Positions 1 to 12,600 of a DNA stretch of 64,000 nucleotides are shown piece by piece. The translations under genes and the position numbers were made by a program. Within the stretch, counting starts at the first letter, position 1. Each line of letters opens with the position of its first letter. Origin of the DNA: the human T2T-CHM13v2.0 reference genome, Homo sapiens; assembly GCF_009914755.1 (NCBI RefSeq), contig NC_060947.1; one strand, given 5' to 3'. Under the pieces are notes generated by a model that saw only the letters and a program-made list of their open reading frames with translations, had not been told where the DNA came from and did not search any database.

Positions 1-279
1 TATTTCAAAACTGCTCTATGAAAAGCAATGTTAAACTCTGTGGCTCGAACACAAACATCACAAAACAGTTTCTGAGAATGCTTCAGTTTAGTTTTTCTGT
101 GGAAATATTCCCGTTTCCAAAGAAATCTTCAAAGAGGTCCACGTATCCACTTACAGATTCTACAAAAAGACAGTTTCAAAACTGCTCCATCAAAAGGAGG
201 GTTCAACTGTGTGACTTGAATGCAATCATCACTCAGAAGTTTCTGAGAATGCTTCTCTTTAGTTTTTACGTGAACATAT

Positions 280-296
280 ACCCGTTTCGAACGAAG
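280..296 (-). promoter_or_regulatory. CENP-B box, position 1 of each HOR (variant with intact core)
   Basis: ACCCGTTTCGAACGAAG is the reverse complement of CTTCGTTCGAAACGGGT and matches nTTCGnnnnAnnCGGGn. It recurs in every unit except U24. Confidence 0.8.
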
Positions 297-788
297 GCCA
301 CCAAGTGGTCCAAATATCCACTTGCAGATTCTACAGAAAGAGTGTTTCGAACCTGAACTCTCAAAGGCAGGTTCATCTCTGCGAGTTAAATGCATTCATC
401 ATGAAGAACTTTCTCAGCGTGTTTGTGTTTAGTTATGGGAAATTATTCCCTTTTCCAACGAAATCCTCAGAGAGCTCCAAATATCCACCTGCAGATTCTA
501 CCAAAAGTGTATTTGGAAACTGCTCCATCAAAAGGCATGTTCAGCTCTGTGAGTGAAACTCCATCATCACAAAGAATATTCTGAGAATGCTTCCGTTTGC
601 CTTTTATATGAACTTCCTTCCTGTACCACCGTAGGCCTCAAAGCAGTCCAAATCTCCATTTGCAGATTCTACAAAAAGAGTGATTCCAATCTGCTCTATC
701 AATAGGATTGTTCAACTCCATGAGTTGAATGCCATCCTCACAAAGTCGTTGCTGAGAATGCTTCTATCTGGTTTTTGTGTGAAGATAT

Positions 789-805
789 TTCCTTTTCCAC
801 CACAG
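789..805 (-). other. A-type monomer box (pJ-alpha-like), representative
   Basis: TTCCTTTTCCACCACAG occupies the position homologous to the CENP-B box and resembles the A-box consensus TTCCTTTTYCACCRTAG. Confidence 0.6.
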
Positions 806-1808
806 GCCTCAAAGCCCTCCAAACGTCCACTTTCAGATTCTCGAAAAAGAGTGTTTCATAGCTGCTCTTTCAAAAGGAAAGTTCAACTCTGGGAGTTGAA
901 TACAAACATCACAAAGTAGTTTCCGAGAATGCTTCTGTTTAGTTTTTATGTGAAGATGATCCCGTTTCCAGTGAAATCTTCCAAGAGGTCCACATATCCC
1001 CTTGCAGATTCCAAAGAAAGAGGGTTTCAAAACTGCTCCATCAGAAGGATTGTTCAACTCTGTGAGTTGAATGCAGTCATCGCAGAAAACTTTCTGAGAA
1101 TGCTTCTGTCTAGGTTTGATGTGAAGATATAGACGTTTCAAACGAAGGCTACAAAGTGGTCAAAATATACACTTGCAGATTCTACTACAAGGGTGTTGCA
1201 AACCTGAACTATCAAAGGAAGGTTCAACTCTGTGAGTTGAATACAAACATCACAAAGAATGTTCTGAGTTTGCTTCCGTTCAGTTATGGGAAGTTGATCC
1301 CATTTCCAACGAAATCCTCAGAGAGGTCCAAATATCCCCATGCAGATTCTACAAAACGTGTGTTTGGAAACTGCTCCATCATAACGAATGTTCAGCTCCC
1401 TGAGTTAAACTCCATCGTCACAAAGAATTTTCTGAGAGTGCTACCGTCTGGTTTTTATATGAAGCTCTTTCCTTCACTACCACAGGCCTCAAAGCGGTCC
1501 AAATCTCCACTTGCAGATTCTACAAAAAGAGTGTTTGCAAACTGCTCTATCAAAAGGAATGTTCAACTCTGGGAGTTGAATGCAATCATCACAGAGCAGT
1601 TTCTGAGAATGCTTCTATGTCGTTTTTAGGAGAAGATATTTCCTTTTCCAACACAGTCCCCCAAGCCCGCTAAATAGCCACTTGCACATTGTAGAAAAAG
1701 TGTGTCAAAGCTGCGCTATCAAAGGGAAAGTTCAACTCTGTGAGGTGAATGCAAACATCCCAAAGAAGTTTCTGAGAATGCTTCCGTTTAGCTTTTAGGT
1801 GAAGATTA

Positions 1809-1825
1809 TCCCGTTTCCAACGAAA
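1809..1825 (-). promoter_or_regulatory. CENP-B box, position 4 of each HOR
   Basis: Canonical TCCCGTTTCCAACGAAA, intact in all units I inspected. Confidence 0.9.
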
Positions 1826-1980
1826 GCTTCAAAGAGGTCCAAATATCCCCTTGCGGATCCCACAGAAAGAGTGTTTCGAAACTGCTGTTTCAAAAGGAAT
1901 CTTCAACTCTGTGAGTTGAATGCAATCATCACAAAGAAGTTTCTGACAATGCTTCTCTCTCGTCTTTCTGTGAAGATAAA

Positions 1981-2021
1981 GGAAAAGGCTTTCAGGCCTT
2001 TTCCACCACAGGCCTGAAAGC
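1981..2021. repeat. Overlapping inverted repeats in the 186-bp monomer (once per HOR)
   Basis: GGAAAAGGC (1981-1989) pairs with GCCTTTTCC (1996-2004). GCTTTCAGGCCT (1988-1999) pairs with AGGCCTGAAAGC (2010-2021). Confidence 0.9.
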
Positions 2022-5000
2022 GCTCCAAATGTCCACTTGCAGATTCTGCGAAAAGAATATTTCAAAACTGCTGTATGAAAAGCAATGTTAAACTCTGTGG
2101 CTCGAACACAAACATCACAAAGCAGTTTCTGAGAATGCTTCAGTTTAGTTTTTCTGTGGAAATATTCCCGTTTCCAAAGAAATCTTCAAAGAGGTCCACG
2201 TATCCACTTACAGATTCTACAAAAAGACAGTTTCAAAACTGCTCCATCAAAAGGAGGGTTCAACTGTGTGACTTGAATGCAATCATCACTCAGAAGTTTC
2301 TGAGAATGCTTCTCTTTAGTTTTTACGTGAACATATACCCGTTTCGAACGAAGGCCACCCAGTGGTCCAAATATCCACTTGCAGATTCTACAGAAAGAGT
2401 GTTTCGAACATGAACTCTCAAAGGCAGGTTCATCTCTGCGAGTTAAATGCATTCATCATGAAGAACTTTCTCAGAGTGTTTGTGTTTAGTTATGGGAAAT
2501 TATTCCTGTTTCCAACGAAATCCTCAGAGAGCTCCAAATATCCACCTGCAGATTCTACCAAAAGTGTATTTGGAAACTGCTCCATCAAAAGGCATGTTCA
2601 GCTCTGTGAGTGAAACTCCATCATCACAAAGAATATTCTGAGAATGCTTCCGTTTGCCTTTTATATGAAGTTCCTTCCTGTACTACCGTAGGCCTCAAAG
2701 CAGTCCAAATCTCCATTTGCAGATTCTACAAAAAGAGTGATTCCAATCTGCTCTATCAATAGGATTGTTCAACTCCATGAGTTGAATGCCATCCTCACAA
2801 AGTCGTTTCTGAGAATGCTTCTATCTGGTTTTTGTGTGAAGATATTTCCTTTTCCACCACAGGCCTCAAAGCCCTCCAAACGTCCACTTTCAGATTCTCG
2901 AAAAAGAGTGTTTCATAGCTGCTCTTTCAAAAGGAAAGTTCAACTCTGGGAGTTGAATACAAACATCACAAAGTAGTTTCCGAGAATGCTTCTGTTTAGT
3001 TTTTATGTGAAGATGATCCCGTTTCCTGTGAAATCTTCAAAGAGGTCCACATATCCCCTTGCAGATTCCAAAGAAAGAGGGTTTCAAAACTGCTCCATCA
3101 GAAGGATTGTTCAACTCTGTGAGTTGAATGCAGTCATCGCAGAAAACTTTCTGAGAATGCTTCTGTCTAGGTTTGATGTGAAGATATAGACGTTTCAAAC
3201 GAAGGCTACAAAGTGGTCAAAATATACACTTGCAGATTCTACTACAAGGGTGTTGCAAACCTGAACTATCAAAGGAAGGTTCAGCTCTGTGAGTTGAATA
3301 CAAACATCACAAAGAATGTTCTGAGTTTGCTTCCGTTCAGTTATGGGAAGTTGATCCCGTTACCAACGAAATCCTCAGAGAGGTCCAAATATCCCCTCGC
3401 AGATTCTACAAAACGTGTGTTTGGAAACTGCTCCATCATAACGAATGTTCAGCTCCCTGAGTTAAACTCCATCGTCACAAAGAATTTTCTGAGAGTGCTA
3501 CCGTCTGGTTTTTATATGAAGTTCTTTCCTTCACTACCACAGGCCTCAAAGCGGTCCAAATCTCCACTTGCAGATTCTACAAAAAGAGTGTTTGCAAACT
3601 GCTCTATCAAAAGGAATGTTCAACTCTGGGAGTTGAATGCAATCATCACAGAGCAGTTTCTGAGAATGCTTCTATGTCGTTTTTAGGAGAAGATATTTCC
3701 TTTTCCAACACAGTCCTCCAAGCCCGCTAAATAGCCACTTGCACATTGTAGAAAAAGTGTGTCAAAGCTGCGCTATCAAAGGGAAAGTTCAACTCTGTGA
3801 GGTGAATGCAAACATCCCAAAGAAGTTTCTGAGAATGCTTCCGTTTACCTTTTAGGTGAAGATTATCCCGTTTCCAACGAAACCTTCAAAGAGGTCCAAA
3901 TATCCCCTTGCGGATCCCACAGAAAGAGTGTTTCGAAACTGCTGTTTCAAAAGGAATCTTCAACTCTGTGAGTTGAATGCAATCATCACAAAGAAGTTTC
4001 TGACAATGCTTCTCTCTCGTCTTTCTGTGAAGATAAAGGAAAAGGCTTTCAGGCCTTTTCCACCACAGGCCTGAAAGCGCTCCAAATGTCCACTTGCAGA
4101 TTCTGCCAAAAGAATATTTCAAAACTGCTCTATGAAAAGCAATGTTAAACTCTGTCGCTCGAACACAAACATCACAAAGCAGTTTCTGAGAATGCTTCAG
4201 TTTAGTTTTTCTGTGGAAATATTCCCGTTTCCAAAGAAATCTTCAAAGAGGTCCACGTATCCACTTACAGATTCTACAAAAAGACAGTTTCAAAACTGCT
4301 CCATCAAAAGGAGGGTTCAACTGTGTGACTTGAATGCAATCATCACTCAGAAGTTTCTGAGAATGCTTCTCTTTAGTTTTTACGTGAACATATACCCGTT
4401 TCGAACGAACGCCACCCAGTGGTCCAAATATCCACTTGCAGATTCTACAGAAAGAGTGTTTCGAACCTGAACTCTCAAAGGCAGGTTCATCTCTGCGAGT
4501 TAAATGCATTCATCATGAAGAACTTTCTCAGAGTGTTTGTGTTTAGTTATGGGAAATTATTCCCTTTTCCAACGAAATCCTCAGAGAGCTACAAATATCC
4601 ACCTGCAGATTCTACCAAAAGTGTATTTGGAAACTGCTCCATCAAAAGGCATGTTCAGCTCTGTGAGTGAAACTCCATCATCACAAAGAATATTCTGAGA
4701 ATGCTTCCGTTTGCCTTTTATATGAAGTTCCTTCCTATACGACCGTAGGCCTCAAAGCAGTCCAAATCTCCATTTGCAGATTCTACAAAAAGAGTGATTC
4801 CAATCTGCTCTATCAATAGGATTGTTCAACTCCATGAGTTGAATGCCATCCTCACAAAGTAGTTTCTGAGAATGCTTCTATCTAGTTTTTATGTGAAGAT
4901 ATTTCCTTTTCCACCACAGGCCTCAAAGCCCTCCAAACGTCCACTTGCAGATTCTCGAAAAAGAGTGTTTCATAGCTGCTCTTTCAAAAGGAAAGTTCAA

Positions 5001-5411
5001 CTCTGGGAGTTGAATACAAACATCACAAAGTAGTTTCCGAGAATGCTTCTGTTTAGTTCTTATGTGAAGATGATCCCGTTTCCAGTGAAATCTTCAAAGA
5101 GGTCCACATATCCCCTTGCAGATTCCAAAGAAAGAGGGTTTCAAAACTGCTCCATCAGAAGGATTGTTCAACTCTGTGAGTTGAATGCAGTCATCGCAGA
5201 AAACTTTCTGAGAATGCTTCTGTCTAGGTTTGATGTGAAGATATAGACGTTTCAAACGAAGGCTACAAAGTGGTCAAAATATACACTTGCAGATTCTACT
5301 ACAAGGGTGTTGCAAACCTGAACTATCAAAGGAAGGTTCAACTCTGTGAGTTGAATACAAACATCACAAAGAATGTTCTGAGTTTGCTTCCGTTCAGTTA
5401 TGGGAAGTTGA

Positions 5412-5428
5412 TCCCGTTTCCAACGAAA
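5412..5428 (-). promoter_or_regulatory. CENP-B box, position 3 (HOR offset 1298-1314; intact example in U3)
   Basis: Canonical TCCCGTTTCCAACGAAA, 851 bp from position 2. It is duplicated in the 17-mers. Confidence 0.9.
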
Positions 5429-6617
5429 TCCTCAGAGAGGTCCAAATATCCCCTCGCAGATTCTACAAAACGTGTGTTTGGAAACTGCTCCATCATAACG
5501 AATGTTCAGCTCCCTGAGTTAAACTCCATCGTCACAAAGAATTTTCTGAGAGTGCTACCGTCTGGTTTTTATATGAAGTTCTTTCCTTCACTACCACAGG
5601 CCTCAAAGCGGTCCAAATCTCCACTTGCAGATTCTACAAAAAGAGTGTTTGCAAACTGCTCTATCAAAAGGAATGTTCAACTCTGGGAGTTGAATGCAAT
5701 CATCACAGAGCAGTTTCTGAGAATGCTTCTATGTCGTTTTTAGGAGAAGATATTTCCTTTTCCAACACAGTCCTCCAAGCCCGCTAAATAGCCACTTGCA
5801 CATTGTAGAAAAAGTGTGTCAAAGCTGCGCTATCAAAGGGAAAGTTCAACTCTGTGAGGTGAATGCAAACATCCCAAAGAAGTTTCTGAGAATGCTTCCG
5901 TTTAGCTTTTAGGTGAAGATTATCCCGTTTCCAACGAAACCTTCAAAGAGGTCCAAATATCCCCTTGCGGATCCCACAGAAAGAGTGTTTCGAAACTGCT
6001 GTTTCAAAAGGAATCTTCAACTCTGTGAGTTGAATGCAATCATCACAAAGAAGTTTCTGACAATGCTTCTCTCTCGTCTTTCTGTGAAGATAAAGGAAAA
6101 GGCTTTCAGGCCTTTGCCACCACAGGCCTGAAAGCGCTCCAAATGTCCACTTGCAGATTCTGCCAAAAGAATATTTCAAAACTGCTCTATGAAAAGCAAT
6201 GTTAAACTCTGCGGCTCGAACACAAACATCACAAAGCAGTTTCTGAGAATGCTTCAGTTTAGTTTTTCTGTGGAAATATTCCCGTTTCCAAAGAAATCTT
6301 CAAAGAGGTCCACGTATCCACTTACAGATTCTACAAAAAGACAGTTTCAAAACTGCTCCATCAAAAGGAGGGTTCAACTGTGTGACTTGAATGCAATCAT
6401 CACTCAGAAGTTTCTGAGAATGCTTCTCTTTAGTTTTTACGTGAACATATACCCGTTTCGAACGAAGGCCAACCAGTGGTCCAAATATCCACTTGCAGAT
6501 TCTACAGAAAGAGTGTTTCGAACCTGAACTCTCAAAGGCAGGTTCATCTCTGCGAGTTAAATGCATTCATCATGAAGAACTTTCTCAGCGTGTTTGTGTT
6601 TAGTTATGGGAAATTAT

Positions 6618-6634
6618 TCCCGTTTCCAACGAAA
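6618..6634 (-). promoter_or_regulatory. CENP-B box, position 2 (HOR offset 447-463; intact example in U4, polymorphic)
   Basis: TCCCGTTTCCAACGAAA is the reverse complement of the canonical TTTCGTTGGAAACGGGA. Confidence 0.9.
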
Positions 6635-9600
6635 TCCTCAGAGAGCTCCAAATATCCACCTGCAGATTCTACCAAAAGTGTATTTGGAAACTGCTCCATC
6701 AAAAGGCATGTTCAGCTCTGTGAGTGAAACTCCATCATCACAAAGAATATTCTGAGAATGCTTCCGTTTGCCTTTTATATGAACTTCCTTCCTGTACCAC
6801 CGTAGGCCTCAAAGCAGTCCAAATCTCCATTTGCAGATTCTACAAAAAGAGTGATTCCAATCTGCTCTATCAATAGGATTGTTCAACTCCATGAGTTGAA
6901 TGCCATCCTCACAAAGTCGTTGCTGAGAATGCTTCTATCTGGTTTTTGTGTGAAGATATTTCCTTTTCCACCACAGGCCTCAAAGCCCTCCAAACGTCCA
7001 CTTTCAGATTCTCGAAAAAGAGTGTTTCATAGCTGCTCTTTCAAAAGGAAAGTTCAACTCTGGGAGTTGAATACAAACATCACAAAGTAGTTTCCGAGAA
7101 TGCTTCTGTTTAGTTTTTATGTGAAGATGATCCCGTTTCCAGTGAAATCTTCAAAGAGGTCCACATATCCCCTTGCAGATTCCAAAGAAAGAGGGTTTCA
7201 AAACTGCTCCATCAGAAGGATTGTTCAACTCTGTGAGTTGAATGCAGTCATCGCAGAAAACTTTCTGAGAATGCTTCTGTCTAGGTTTGATGTGAAGATA
7301 TAGACGTTTCAAACGAAGGCTACAAAGTGGTCAAAATATACACTTGCAGATTCTACTACAAGGGTGTTGCAAACCTGAACTATCAAAGGAAGGTTCAACT
7401 CTGTGAGTTGAATACAAACATCACAAAGAATGTTCTGAGTTTGCTTCCGTTCAGTTATGGGAAGTTGATCCCGTTCCCAACGAAATCCTCAGAGAGGTCC
7501 AAATATCCCCTTGCAGATTCTACAAAACGTGTGTTTGGAAACTGCTCCATCATAACGAATGTTCAGCTCCCTGAGTTAAACTCCATCGTCACAAAGAATT
7601 TTCTGAGAGTGCTACCGTCTGGTTTTTATATGAAGTTCTTTCCTTCACTACCACAGGCCTCAAAGCGGTCCAAATCTCCACTTGCAGATTCTACAAAAAG
7701 AGTGTTTGCAAACTGCTCTATCAAAAGGAATGTTCAACTCTGGGAGTTGAATGCAATCATCACAGAGCAGTTTCTGAGAATGCTTCTATGTCGTTTTTAG
7801 GAGAAGATATTTCCTTTTCCAACACAGTCCCCCAAGCCCGCTAAATAGCCACTTGCACATTGTAGAAAAAGTGTGTCAAAGCTGCGCTATCAAAGGGAAA
7901 GTTCAACTCTGTGAGGTGAATGCAAACATCCCAAAGAAGTTTCTGAGAATGCTTCCGTTTAGCTTTTAGGTGAAGATTATCCCGTTTCCAACGAAACCTT
8001 CAAAGAGGTCCAAATATCCCCTTGCGGATCCCACAGAAAGAGTGTTTCGAAACTGCTGTTTCAAAAGGAATCTTCAACTCTGTGAGTTGAATGCAATCAT
8101 CACAAAGAAGTTTCTGACAATGCTTCTCTCTCGTCTTTCTGTGAAGATAAAGGAAAAGGCTTTCAGGCCTTTTCCACCACAGGCCTGAAAGCGCTCCAAA
8201 TGTCCACTTGCAGATTCTGCGAAAAGAATATTTCAAAACTGCTCTATGAAAAGCAATGTTAAACTCTGTGGCTCGAACACAAACATCACAAAACAGTTTC
8301 TGAGAATGCTTCAGTTTAGTTTTTCTGTGGAAATATTCCCGTTTCCAAAGAAATCTTCAAAGAGGTCCACGTATCCACTTACAGATTCTACAAAAAGACA
8401 GTTTCAAAACTGCTCCATCAAAAGGAGGGTTCAACTGTGTGACTTGAATGCAATCATCACTCAGAAGTTTCTGAGAATGCTTCTCTTTAGTTTTTACGTG
8501 AACATATACCCGTTTCGAACGAAGGCCACCAAGTGGTCCAAATATCCACTTGCAGATTCTACAGAAAGAGTGTTTCGAACCTGAACTCTCAAAGGCAGGT
8601 TCATCTCTGCGAGTTAAATGCATTCATCATGAAGAACTTTCTCAGCGTGTTTGTGTTTAGTTATGGGAAATTATTCCCTTTTCCAACGAAATCCTCAGAG
8701 AGCTCCAAATATCCACCTGCAGATTCTACCAAAAGTGTATTTGGAAACTGCTCCATCAAAAGGCATGTTCAGCTCTGTGAGTGAAACTCCATCATCACAA
8801 AGAATATTCTGAGAATGCTTCCGTTTGCCTTTTATATGAACTTCCTTCCTGTACCACCGTAGGCCTCAAAGCAGTCCAAATCTCCATTTGCAGATTCTAC
8901 AAAAAGAGTGATTCCAATCTGCTCTATCAATAGGATTGTTCAACTCCATGAGTTGAATGCCATCCTCACAAAGTCGTTGCTGAGAATGCTTCTATCTGGT
9001 TTTTGTGTGAAGATATTTCCTTTTCCACCACAGGCCTCAAAGCCCTCCAAACGTCCACTTTCAGATTCTCGAAAAAGAGTGTTTCATAGCTGCTCTTTCA
9101 AAAGGAAAGTTCAACTCTGGGAGTTGAATACAAACATCACAAAGTAGTTTCCGAGAATGCTTCTGTTTAGTTTTTATGTGAAGATGATCCCGTTTCCAGT
9201 GAAATCTTCCAAGAGGTCCACATATCCCCTTGCAGATTCCAAAGAAAGAGGGTTTCAAAACTGCTCCATCAGAAGGATTGTTCAACTCTGTGAGTTGAAT
9301 GCAGTCATCGCAGAAAACTTTCTGAGAATGCTTCTGTCTAGGTTTGATGTGAAGATATAGACGTTTCAAACGAAGGCTACAAAGTGGTCAAAATATACAC
9401 TTGCAGATTCTACTACAAGGGTGTTGCAAACCTGAACTATCAAAGGAAGGTTCAACTCTGTGAGTTGAATACAAACATCACAAAGAATGTTCTGAGTTTG
9501 CTTCCGTTCAGTTATGGGAAGTTGATCCCATTTCCAACGAAATCCTCAGAGAGGTCCAAATATCCCCATGCAGATTCTACAAAACGTGTGTTTGGAAACT

Positions 9601-12600
9601 GCTCCATCATAACGAATGTTCAGCTCCCTGAGTTAAACTCCATCGTCACAAAGAATTTTCTGAGAGTGCTACCGTCTGGTTTTTATATGAAGCTCTTTCC
9701 TTCACTACCACAGGCCTCAAAGCGGTCCAAATCTCCACTTGCAGATTCTACAAAAAGAGTGTTTGCAAACTGCTCTATCAAAAGGAATGTTCAACTCTGG
9801 GAGTTGAATGCAATCATCACAGAGCAGTTTCTGAGAATGCTTCTATGTCGTTTTTAGGAGAAGATATTTCCTTTTCCAACACAGTCCCCCAAGCCCGCTA
9901 AATAGCCACTTGCACATTGTAGAAAAAGTGTGTCAAAGCTGCGCTATCAAAGGGAAAGTTCAACTCTGTGAGGTGAATGCAAACATCCCAAAGAAGTTTC
10001 TGAGAATGCTTCCGTTTAGCTTTTAGGTGAAGATTATCCCGTTTCCAACGAAAGCTTCAAAGAGGTCCAAATATCCCCTTGCGGATCCCACAGAAAGAGT
10101 GTTTCGAAACTGCTGTTTCAAAAGGAATCTTCAACTCTGTGAGTTGAATGCAATCATCACAAAGAAGTTTCTGACAATGCTTCTCTCTCGTCTTTCTGTG
10201 AAGATAAAGGAAAAGGCTTTCAGGCCTTTTCCACCACAGGCCTGAAAGCGCTCCAAATGTCCACTTGCAGATTCTGCGAAAAGAATATTTCAAAACTGCT
10301 GTATGAAAAGCAATGTTAAACTCTGTGGCTCGAACACAAACATCACAAAGCAGTTTCTGAGAATGCTTCAGTTTAGTTTTTCTGTGGAAATATTCCCGTT
10401 TCCAAAGAAATCTTCAAAGAGGTCCACGTATCCACTTACAGATTCTACAAAAAGACAGTTTCAAAACTGCTCCATCAAAAGGAGGGTTCAACTGTGTGAC
10501 TTGAATGCAATCATCACTCAGAAGTTTCTGAGAATGCTTCTCTTTAGTTTTTACGTGAACATATACCCGTTTCGAACGAAGGCCACCCAGTGGTCCAAAT
10601 ATCCACTTGCAGATTCTACAGAAAGAGTGTTTCGAACATGAACTCTCAAAGGCAGGTTCATCTCTGCGAGTTAAATGCATTCATCATGAAGAACTTTCTC
10701 AGAGTGTTTGTGTTTAGTTATGGGAAATTATTCCTGTTTCCAACGAAATCCTCAGAGAGCTCCAAATATCCACCTGCAGATTCTACCAAAAGTGTATTTG
10801 GAAACTGCTCCATCAAAAGGCATGTTCAGCTCTGTGAGTGAAACTCCATCATCACAAAGAATATTCTGAGAATGCTTCCGTTTGCCTTTTATATGAAGTT
10901 CCTTCCTGTACTACCGTAGGCCTCAAAGCAGTCCAAATCTCCATTTGCAGATTCTACAAAAAGAGTGATTCCAATCTGCTCTATCAATAGGATTGTTCAA
11001 CTCCATGAGTTGAATGCCATCCTCACAAAGTCGTTTCTGAGAATGCTTCTATCTGGTTTTTGTGTGAAGATATTTCCTTTTCCACCACAGGCCTCAAAGC
11101 CCTCCAAACGTCCACTTTCAGATTCTCGAAAAAGAGTGTTTCATAGCTGCTCTTTCAAAAGGAAAGTTCAACTCTGGGAGTTGAATACAAACATCACAAA
11201 GTAGTTTCCGAGAATGCTTCTGTTTAGTTTTTATGTGAAGATGATCCCGTTTCCTGTGAAATCTTCAAAGAGGTCCACATATCCCCTTGCAGATTCCAAA
11301 GAAAGAGGGTTTCAAAACTGCTCCATCAGAAGGATTGTTCAACTCTGTGAGTTGAATGCAGTCATCGCAGAAAACTTTCTGAGAATGCTTCTGTCTAGGT
11401 TTGATGTGAAGATATAGACGTTTCAAACGAAGGCTACAAAGTGGTCAAAATATACACTTGCAGATTCTACTACAAGGGTGTTGCAAACCTGAACTATCAA
11501 AGGAAGGTTCAGCTCTGTGAGTTGAATACAAACATCACAAAGAATGTTCTGAGTTTGCTTCCGTTCAGTTATGGGAAGTTGATCCCGTTACCAACGAAAT
11601 CCTCAGAGAGGTCCAAATATCCCCTCGCAGATTCTACAAAACGTGTGTTTGGAAACTGCTCCATCATAACGAATGTTCAGCTCCCTGAGTTAAACTCCAT
11701 CGTCACAAAGAATTTTCTGAGAGTGCTACCGTCTGGTTTTTATATGAAGTTCTTTCCTTCACTACCACAGGCCTCAAAGCGGTCCAAATCTCCACTTGCA
11801 GATTCTACAAAAAGAGTGTTTGCAAACTGCTCTATCAAAAGGAATGTTCAACTCTGGGAGTTGAATGCAATCATCACAGAGCAGTTTCTGAGAATGCTTC
11901 TATGTCGTTTTTAGGAGAAGATATTTCCTTTTCCAACACAGTCCTCCAAGCCCGCTAAATAGCCACTTGCACATTGTAGAAAAAGTGTGTCAAAGCTGCG
12001 CTATCAAAGGGAAAGTTCAACTCTGTGAGGTGAATGCAAACATCCCAAAGAAGTTTCTGAGAATGCTTCCGTTTACCTTTTAGGTGAAGATTATCCCGTT
12101 TCCAACGAAACCTTCAAAGAGGTCCAAATATCCCCTTGCGGATCCCACAGAAAGAGTGTTTCGAAACTGCTGTTTCAAAAGGAATCTTCAACTCTGTGAG
12201 TTGAATGCAATCATCACAAAGAAGTTTCTGACAATGCTTCTCTCTCGTCTTTCTGTGAAGATAAAGGAAAAGGCTTTCAGGCCTTTTCCACCACAGGCCT
12301 GAAAGCGCTCCAAATGTCCACTTGCAGATTCTGCCAAAAGAATATTTCAAAACTGCTCTATGAAAAGCAATGTTAAACTCTGTCGCTCGAACACAAACAT
12401 CACAAAGCAGTTTCTGAGAATGCTTCAGTTTAGTTTTTCTGTGGAAATATTCCCGTTTCCAAAGAAATCTTCAAAGAGGTCCACGTATCCACTTACAGAT
12501 TCTACAAAAAGACAGTTTCAAAACTGCTCCATCAAAAGGAGGGTTCAACTGTGTGACTTGAATGCAATCATCACTCAGAAGTTTCTGAGAATGCTTCTCT

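Larger units (their letters stand above)
1..2057 (-). repeat. Representative canonical 12-mer HOR unit (U1)
   Basis: The CTGAG-equivalent anchor falls at 72, 243, 413, 581, 752, 923, 1094, 1264, 1432, 1603, 1772, 1943 and 2129. Spacings are 171,170,168,171,171,171,170,168,171,169,171,186, which sum to 2057. The recurring 171/170/168/171 pattern at an 851-bp offset shows the pentameric SF3 ancestry. Confidence 0.95.

Noticed and set aside
1043-1071. TTCAACTC-TGT-GAGTTGAA palindrome in many monomers
   Set aside because: It is a general feature of the alpha-satellite consensus and is not specific to this window.
109-1147. CENP-B-box-like sites at about 109 (TCCCGTTTCCAAAGAAA), 960 (TCCCGTTTCCAGTGAAA) and 1131 (AGACGTTTCAAACGAAG)
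   Set aside because: Each lacks at least one of the nine essential core bases, so they were counted as degenerate.
1981-2021. Hairpin as an intrinsic terminator or structured ncRNA gene
   Set aside because: This is a eukaryotic satellite context with no transcription unit, so it is reported only as a DNA dyad.
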